DNA of 60,013 bases, the filler included. It is 9 parts of 9 records of this genome, joined end to end, with 100 filler letters (N's around TTAATTAATTAA, not from the genome) between each part and the next. Parts side by side here need not be neighbours in the genome. Positions count along the whole stretch, not along the records: positions 53,612 to 60,013 come from SRR31147125_50902; 8 more parts are not named here. One strand, given 5' to 3'. The position numbers were made by a program, and so were the translations under genes. Shown in pieces: positions 54,411 through 60,013 of the stretch (positions are counted from its first letter, which is position 1; the number at the start of each line of letters is the position of its first letter). A model generated the notes under the pieces. The model worked only from the letters and a program-made list of their open reading frames with translations. It did not search any database and had not been told where the DNA came from.

Positions 54411-55640
54411 ATGAAAAAGACATTGATACTGATAGTAGTGTTAATTGCGGGCCTGATGGCTGCCACCACACCCGGTGTCGTTCATTTCGTATATGATAAC
54501 GGTGAAGTAACCACATCCGGTGATGATACTTTTTATGAATTCGATATACAGGCATATGTTACAGGTACTGAAAATGCCGACGATCTTAAATTCGGTAGTG
54601 CCAATGTCTACGTAGAATATGATACTGAAATATTCGGATCTATGATCGCGGGAACCAGCAGTCTTGAATGCACAAAGATCGGCTTATTGGCGACAGAGGC
54701 GTTTGCCGGTTATGACGCTTATGAAGTTTATCAATCACAAAATACTTTCTCCGATGTTTTTGCTTTGACTTTTGAAGCCACCATCCCCGGTTTCCCTACA
54801 GGGTATGAATTGGTTTCTACAGATTCTAATAATCCCAGCGATTTCTTCCACATTAAAATGAAAGCTGTTGCTGCCGGAAGCGGAGAAGTTTCTTTTCCGA
54901 GTGCCAGAATTAATGGTGTAGATAATCTTTTTTGGACTCTAGCTGAATTGCAATATGCCGGACCACAGGATTTTTCTGATGCTACAGAGACCGTCTATAT
55001 TGAAGGTCCCGTCTCCGGTGAACCATATACATCAATCGAACTGGATTATTTTAAAGCAGATAACAAGGGCGGAAAAGTCAGATTACGTTGGAGAACACAA
55101 AGTGAAACTTCCAATCTTGGTTTTATCGTAAAGCGAGCTATAGTCTTCGGTGAAGATACATATGGTGTTTTTGAAGTAATAGATAATTATATTGATAATA
55201 ATGAATTAGAAGGTGCCGGTACTACCAACAAGAAAACAGATTACATGTACTGGGACAAATCAGTTAGACCAGGTGTAACGTACGCGTACGTACTTCAGGA
55301 TGTTGACGAAGGTGGTCATATCAGAGAATGTGAACCCGTGATAGTCAAAGTGAAGGAATCGAAAGTTATGTCGACAGATAATTTTGAATTCACTTCAAGT
55401 TATCCGAATCCTTTCAACCCCTCCTTTGTCGTACCGTTTGAACTATATAAATCTACTAATGTCAATATCAAACTTTATGACATTTCAGGACATATGGTTA
55501 AAGAGGTTGCCAACAGTAACTTTGCATCAGGCTCATACAAGCTTCTTGTAGAAGGAAACGATCTGAGTTCAGGAATGTACTTACTGAAAATAGTAGCTGA
55601 TGAACTTGTCAGCACTCAGAAGATGTTGCTGGTTAAATAA
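54411..55640 (+). CDS. Secreted protein with beta-sandwich (cohesin-like) domain and T9SS type A-like CTD
   Basis: Signal peptide, FYEFDI...VYVEYDTEIFGS, YPNPFNP...KMLLVK. Confidence 0.8.
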   Translation: MKKTLILIVVLIAGLMAATTPGVVHFVYDNGEVTTSGDDTFYEFDIQAYVTGTENADDLKFGSANVYVEYDTEIFGSMIAGTSSLECTKIGLLATEAFAGYDAYEVYQSQNTFSDVFALTFEATIPGFPTGYELVSTDSNNPSDFFHIKMKAVAAGSGEVSFPSARINGVDNLFWTLAELQYAGPQDFSDATETVYIEGPVSGEPYTSIELDYFKADNKGGKVRLRWRTQSETSNLGFIVKRAIVFGEDTYGVFEVIDNYIDNNELEGAGTTNKKTDYMYWDKSVRPGVTYAYVLQDVDEGGHIRECEPVIVKVKESKVMSTDNFEFTSSYPNPFNPSFVVPFELYKSTNVNIKLYDISGHMVKEVANSNFASGSYKLLVEGNDLSSGMYLLKIVADELVSTQKMLLVK

Positions 55641-55819
55641 GAAATTAAAGTTCATATACGAACGAATTGAAATATAGGGCCTTAGCCCATTAGATGATTG
55701 AAATCACCGATTGAAGGTGAATAATAGAACACAGTATGAGTACCTTTTTATAGATCATCAAAAGGTATATAAAAAGATACCCAACCCTGTGAGATATAGA
55801 GAATGGCTCTTGGAGAGTA

Positions 55820-57052
55820 ATGAAAAAGATATTAATGACATTGTTGTTAATCTTGATCACAGCGACTGGAATTTTTGCTGCAAGCGGTACCGTTACACTG
55901 TATTATGATAACGGTACGGTTTCTTATACTGAGACACAGACATTCTATGAATTTGATATTTTAGCTTATATTTCCGGCGGTACGGATACTGCTCGCTTCC
56001 AGGAAGGTCAGGTATACGTTGAATACGATACAACGATCTTTGGCTCGAGTGTCGTTGATAATGGAAAATTAACTTCAATTACCTTAAAAGGTCCCTTGGC
56101 TGTAATGGCCGGTCCGGTTGATCTATATGCTTTTGTCAATAATGGCGCTGATACATATGCGGATGCATTTTCACTTACCTTTGAAAATGAATTAACAGAT
56201 CATAGTTTTTATGGTTCTGATACCTATATTTCAAATTCATCGTCCGCACTTGATACCTTAATGACCATCAAAATGGAAGTTGCCGCGTCCGGTACGTCAA
56301 CAGTGGACTGGCCGAGTAGTGTAACCGGTATCAATAATTTATTTCGTGAACTGCATGACGGATCCACCTACGAGGCTTTGTCGATTACAAATGCAACTGA
56401 AACAACACAGATTACTTATTCGGATTCTGGAGATCCGGCATTGCCCATTACTTTGGATCGATTCGCAGTACAGTATAAAAACTCAAAGGTTGAAGTAAAA
56501 TGGACCACTGAGAGTGAGACTGAAAACTTGGGTTACGTGATCAAGCGAGCTGTTAAATACGGAGATAATGATTATTCTCCATATGAGATCATTTCGAGTT
56601 ATATTGATAATGATGAACTTCTGGGAGCAGGAACTGTTGTAGAAAGCAGATCTTACACCTATTACGATGATACGGTTAAACCCGGAGTTACTTATTCCTA
56701 TATTCTGGAAGATGTGGATTATAATGGTATCATCACTTCACACGGTGCTGTCAGCATCCTCATCCCCGAGAGTTATCTACTGGAAAGTACAGATTTTCGA
56801 CTGGGAAGAAATTATCCCAATCCCTTTAATCCGAGCTTTACAGTTCCTTTTGAATTAATGACTGCTATGGATGTCAACATTGCCATGTATGATATTACAG
56901 GCAAGAAAGTCATGACAATCGTTGACGGTCATTTTGAACCGCGTCAATATCAATTCAGAGTCAACGCTTCAGATCTGAATTCGGGTATTTACTTTGTCCG
57001 GACGATCATCGGAAATGAAGTTAATACTCAAAAAATGACTCTGTTAAAATAA
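55820..57052 (+). CDS. Paralogous secreted protein with T9SS type A-like CTD
   Basis: FYEFDI...VYVEYDTTIFGS, LPITL, NYPNPFNP...KMTLLK. Confidence 0.8.
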   Translation: MKKILMTLLLILITATGIFAASGTVTLYYDNGTVSYTETQTFYEFDILAYISGGTDTARFQEGQVYVEYDTTIFGSSVVDNGKLTSITLKGPLAVMAGPVDLYAFVNNGADTYADAFSLTFENELTDHSFYGSDTYISNSSSALDTLMTIKMEVAASGTSTVDWPSSVTGINNLFRELHDGSTYEALSITNATETTQITYSDSGDPALPITLDRFAVQYKNSKVEVKWTTESETENLGYVIKRAVKYGDNDYSPYEIISSYIDNDELLGAGTVVESRSYTYYDDTVKPGVTYSYILEDVDYNGIITSHGAVSILIPESYLLESTDFRLGRNYPNPFNPSFTVPFELMTAMDVNIAMYDITGKKVMTIVDGHFEPRQYQFRVNASDLNSGIYFVRTIIGNEVNTQKMTLLK

Positions 57053-57070
57053 AAAAATCATCTATCACAT

Positions 57071-57101
57071 AAAAAAGGCCCGCTCTCCGCGGGCTTTTTT
57101 T
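57071..57101. terminator. Bidirectional terminator
   Basis: AAAAAAG-GCCCGC-TCTCC-GCGGGC-TTTTTTT between convergent genes. Confidence 0.88.
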
Positions 57102-57121
57102 ACATTTGGTTCTAAATTAAT

Positions 57122-57787
57122 CTAGCGCAATAATTTGGAATTATTCAAGTATTCATTATCATTTGCATAAATAAAGAGCACTGTTCCATCCTTGATCTTT
57201 TGGATAATGTCTTGAGTTAGGTCGGGAGGAAGAGCGGGGCAACCCCAACTACGTCCCAATCGACCATTCTCTTCAATGAAGGAATCGGTAACATAATCGG
57301 CAGAGTGGATAACGATATAACGTTTTCTGGCTCTGTGATTGAATCCTCTTTCGAGTCCATCAAGTTTCAAAGATGTACCATGTTTGCCTTCGTAGGTTTC
57401 GGCTGTCAGATAAAATCCCAGACTGCTTTGCCTGCTTCCTTCTTTGTTTGAAAAAGATATTGCCATATCCTCACCCGTATTTACACCGTGAGAAGTATGA
57501 GTATTATAAAGCAGGGTTTTGTTTGCCAGGTCGATAAGATAGAATCTTTTATAAGTGGACGGTTTTGAGAAATCAATTATACTGATCAGAGCATTTTCTT
57601 TAGCTTTTATTCTGGAATGACCTGTCATGGCCAGGCGAAATACTTTTTGATCTAAAATTGATCCAAGTTCAGCATCTTTATAGATGGTATCTATCTCTTC
57701 GATCGGCATTGGCCTTTTGTTATAATTCATGGTTGAACACCCCAGAAAAACGGACATTATCAATATAAATAATATTGTTTTTCTCAT
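57122..57787 (-). CDS. Murein L,D-transpeptidase catalytic domain lipoprotein (YkuD_2)
   Basis: IIDFSKPS, SSLGFYLT, IVIHSADYV, GRSWGCPA. Confidence 0.92.
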   Translation of the reverse strand: MRKTILFILIMSVFLGCSTMNYNKRPMPIEEIDTIYKDAELGSILDQKVFRLAMTGHSRIKAKENALISIIDFSKPSTYKRFYLIDLANKTLLYNTHTSHGVNTGEDMAISFSNKEGSRQSSLGFYLTAETYEGKHGTSLKLDGLERGFNHRARKRYIVIHSADYVTDSFIEENGRLGRSWGCPALPPDLTQDIIQKIKDGTVLFIYANDNEYLNNSKLLR

Positions 57788-57797
57788 GATTTGTTCC

Positions 57798-59744
57798 TTA
57801 TGAGTTTCTGATCATTTGAAGTAATCCGTTCTCAATGATCAAACGTTGAGCGGCTTCACCCAGCGGATTAAAGCCATATATTTTATCACCGGCTGTTATT
57901 TTGGCATTTTTAAAATCAACGCTTATTTCAATACCGGTTACAATAGTCAGTTCTTCGTTATTGAACACAGCTTTCAGATCATGGACCAGATCAGCGCACT
58001 CGATCACGATGAAGCCGTTATTCAGCGCATTGCGTTTATAGGTCTCGCTGAAAGAACCGGCAATGACCATTTGAATACCTTTGAACTTGAAAGCTGTTGC
58101 AGCTTGCTCACGGGAAGAGCCTGTTCCGAAATTGAATCCACCTGAAAGAATATCACCTTTTCTGCTGATCTTCACAAATTCCGGATCATAATTTTCCATG
58201 ACAACTTCAGCCTGCTGTTCACCTGTCATGGTATCAATATAGGTATACTTACCGGGATATATTCCATCGGTATTCATATTATCCTGGGGACAAAAGATCA
58301 GTCTGCCGGAAACTGATTCCGGAAAACCGTCTAAGATGCTTGTTGATGCTGTTCTCTTAACTTTTTTGGCTTCAGTAATATCACAGATCGGAGCATGTTT
58401 TGTTTCATCGGCAAGGATATATCCGGCCACTGCAGACATTGCAACGGTTAAGGGCGACCCGAGATAGGCTTCAGAGCTTTTAGAGCCCATACGACCTTTA
58501 AAATTGCGATTTGTAGCCGATATAGCTACTTCATTATCTTTTAGAAGACCAGTTCCAAGTCCAATACACATACCGCAACCGGGAGGCAGTTCGATCGCAC
58601 CGGCATCTACTAAGGTTTTCCAGTAACCTTCTTCGCTAAGTTTGGATTGGATCTCTTTGGAAGCGCATCCGATATACAGTTCAACACCATCTGCAACTTT
58701 TTTATCTTTCAGGTATTCAGCAGCGATCTTCATGTCTTCATACCGGCCATTGACACAAGAAACCAGATAAGCTTTATTGACAGGGATCTTTTTATTATTC
58801 ATCTCAAATGCGGAATACATGAGTTTAACACCATGAGGACCAGAAACTATCGCTGAGATCGTACTGACATCCAAAGTAACTGTTTTTGCATAATAGGCAT
58901 CGCTATCTGCCGTTACAGGATTGTCTTTCAATTCTTTGATCGTATCGTCATTAATACGGGGGTGTGCAGATATTCCCTTGTCTGATTCAACGCCCATCAA
59001 ACCACGTGCTTTGATCGTTTCGTTTCTTTTGTCATACCATTCAATAGTTTTGTCATCTACAGGGAATAGACCCACCAGGGCACCCCATTCTGTTGTCATA
59101 TTGGCAATGGTCAATCTCTGTTCAATGCTGATATACTCCAGAGCATCACCTTCGAACTCAAGTGCATGGTTCAGAACTTCATCATTCGGGAAGAGTCCAC
59201 ATAAGGCAAGGGCAATATCTTTGCCTGAAACACCCGGTGCAGGTATTCCTGTTAAAACAACCTTGGCGATTGGCGGTATCTGCCACCAGGTTTCACCTGT
59301 TACCCATAAACCTGCCGCATCGGTACGAACGATGGGTGTGCCAAGACAACCCAGTCCGCCATACATGTTGGAATGACTGTCCGAAGCCACCGCTAAAGTG
59401 TTTGGGAAAGCATAACCTTCATCACACATGATCTGATGTCCAATACCGGTTTTTGCGGGATAAAAATCAATACCATATTTCTTTGCAAATGCTTCGATCT
59501 TGGCATATTTGGCAAGATTCTTTTCATCTGTGCTTTGGACATTATGATCCAGAGCATAAACAGGTTGACGAGGATCACTGACGCTCATTTTTCCGATCTC
59601 ATTGAATTTCGGGATCACTGCTCCGGTATTGTCATGAGTTAAGACGTGTTTCGGGCGGATCATGACATAATCGCCACTGTGAACGGGGACATCGTGCTTA
59701 ACGACAAAACGTTGCACGATCTTCTCGATACGGGTTTGTTGCAT
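57798..59744 (-). CDS. lysF: Homoaconitase, single-chain fungal LYS4/LysF type
   Basis: EKIVQ, THDN, LDHNVQ, SDSHSNMYGGLG, SCVNGR, CGMCIGLG, ATNRNFKGRMG, fused swivel domain NFGTGSSREQA. Confidence 0.85.
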   Translation of the reverse strand: MQQTRIEKIVQRFVVKHDVPVHSGDYVMIRPKHVLTHDNTGAVIPKFNEIGKMSVSDPRQPVYALDHNVQSTDEKNLAKYAKIEAFAKKYGIDFYPAKTGIGHQIMCDEGYAFPNTLAVASDSHSNMYGGLGCLGTPIVRTDAAGLWVTGETWWQIPPIAKVVLTGIPAPGVSGKDIALALCGLFPNDEVLNHALEFEGDALEYISIEQRLTIANMTTEWGALVGLFPVDDKTIEWYDKRNETIKARGLMGVESDKGISAHPRINDDTIKELKDNPVTADSDAYYAKTVTLDVSTISAIVSGPHGVKLMYSAFEMNNKKIPVNKAYLVSCVNGRYEDMKIAAEYLKDKKVADGVELYIGCASKEIQSKLSEEGYWKTLVDAGAIELPPGCGMCIGLGTGLLKDNEVAISATNRNFKGRMGSKSSEAYLGSPLTVAMSAVAGYILADETKHAPICDITEAKKVKRTASTSILDGFPESVSGRLIFCPQDNMNTDGIYPGKYTYIDTMTGEQQAEVVMENYDPEFVKISRKGDILSGGFNFGTGSSREQAATAFKFKGIQMVIAGSFSETYKRNALNNGFIVIECADLVHDLKAVFNNEELTIVTGIEISVDFKNAKITAGDKIYGFNPLGEAAQRLIIENGLLQMIRNS

Positions 59745-59860
59745 ATGCTTAGTCTCCATGTTTGACTTGAATGAAAATAGTAAAATCCCGCATGAATTTC
59801 CATATAAAAAAGTTGAGAAATCGATATGTAGATGAATCAATGAGAAAAAGTCAAGAAATA

Positions 59861-59883
59861 GTTAAATTCGACTCGAATTTAAC
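59861..59883. promoter_or_regulatory. Perfect palindromic operator candidate
   Basis: GTTAAATTCGA-C-TCGAATTTAAC. Confidence 0.55.
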
Positions 59884-59885
59884 AA

Positions 59886-59901
59886 TGTGACACAGGTCAC
59901 A
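59886..59901. promoter_or_regulatory. CRP/FNR-family box
   Basis: TGTGA-CACAGG-TCACA is the exact CRP core consensus. Confidence 0.6.
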
Positions 59902-59960
59902 AAAATTATGATATTATTGTGAAAGATAAATTGTGTTCTTGAGAATTTTAAGTGGAAAAT

Positions 59961-59982
59961 AAAAAACCCCGTTTCCGGGGTT
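59961..59982 (-). terminator. Terminator downstream of the tRNA
   Basis: AACCCCG-TTTC-CGGGGTT with a U6 tract on the minus strand. Confidence 0.85.
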
Positions 59983-59986
59983 CTTG

Positions 59987-60013
59987 TGAGTGTGGAAGGA
60001 TTCGAACCTTCGA
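59987..60013 (-). tRNA. tRNA 3' portion (isotype not determinable)
   Basis: Minus strand reads GAAGG-TTCGAAT-CCTTC (T arm), then CACACTC-A (acceptor strand); cut by the window edge. Confidence 0.85.

Overview
The window is not one locus. It is nine unrelated metagenomic contigs joined by 100-nt N spacers that carry an artificial TTAATTAATTAA linker. (1) 1-8441: Tn7 tnsE beside a decaying, spirochaete-like sulfatase/sugar ABC/PfkB/GH38 cluster. (2) 8542-13674: GYD protein, a secreted protein, an SBBP relic, and a tandem DUF1670 gene pair bracketed by a start-codon-sequestering hairpin and a structured 3' RNA-like element. (3) 13775-20747: ABC/cNMP/anti-sigma/STAS module, a large secreted protein, and ribB with the end of an FMN riboswitch. 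(4) 20848-26143: pyk and a sugar-sensing three-component system. (5) 26244-31954: NlpC/P60, sortase and type I R-M genes. (6) 32055-37259: EEP hydrolase, two T9SS-type secreted paralogs and trpB. (7) 37360-45015: Bacteroidota alpha-mannan-type PUL with a sulfatase. (8) 45116-53511: DUF502, ftsB, eno, a kinase-DUF92 fusion, a DnaA-box cluster and polysaccharide genes. (9) 53612-60013: dockerin-like and cohesin-like secreted proteins, an L,D-transpeptidase, a fungal-type homoaconitase and a tRNA 3' end. Many genes carry single-base homopolymer frameshifts that are probably sequencing errors. The best candidate for an undescribed system is the DUF1670 pair with its terminal structures; next is the dockerin/cohesin-like trio. 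All family calls are by eye, with no database searches.
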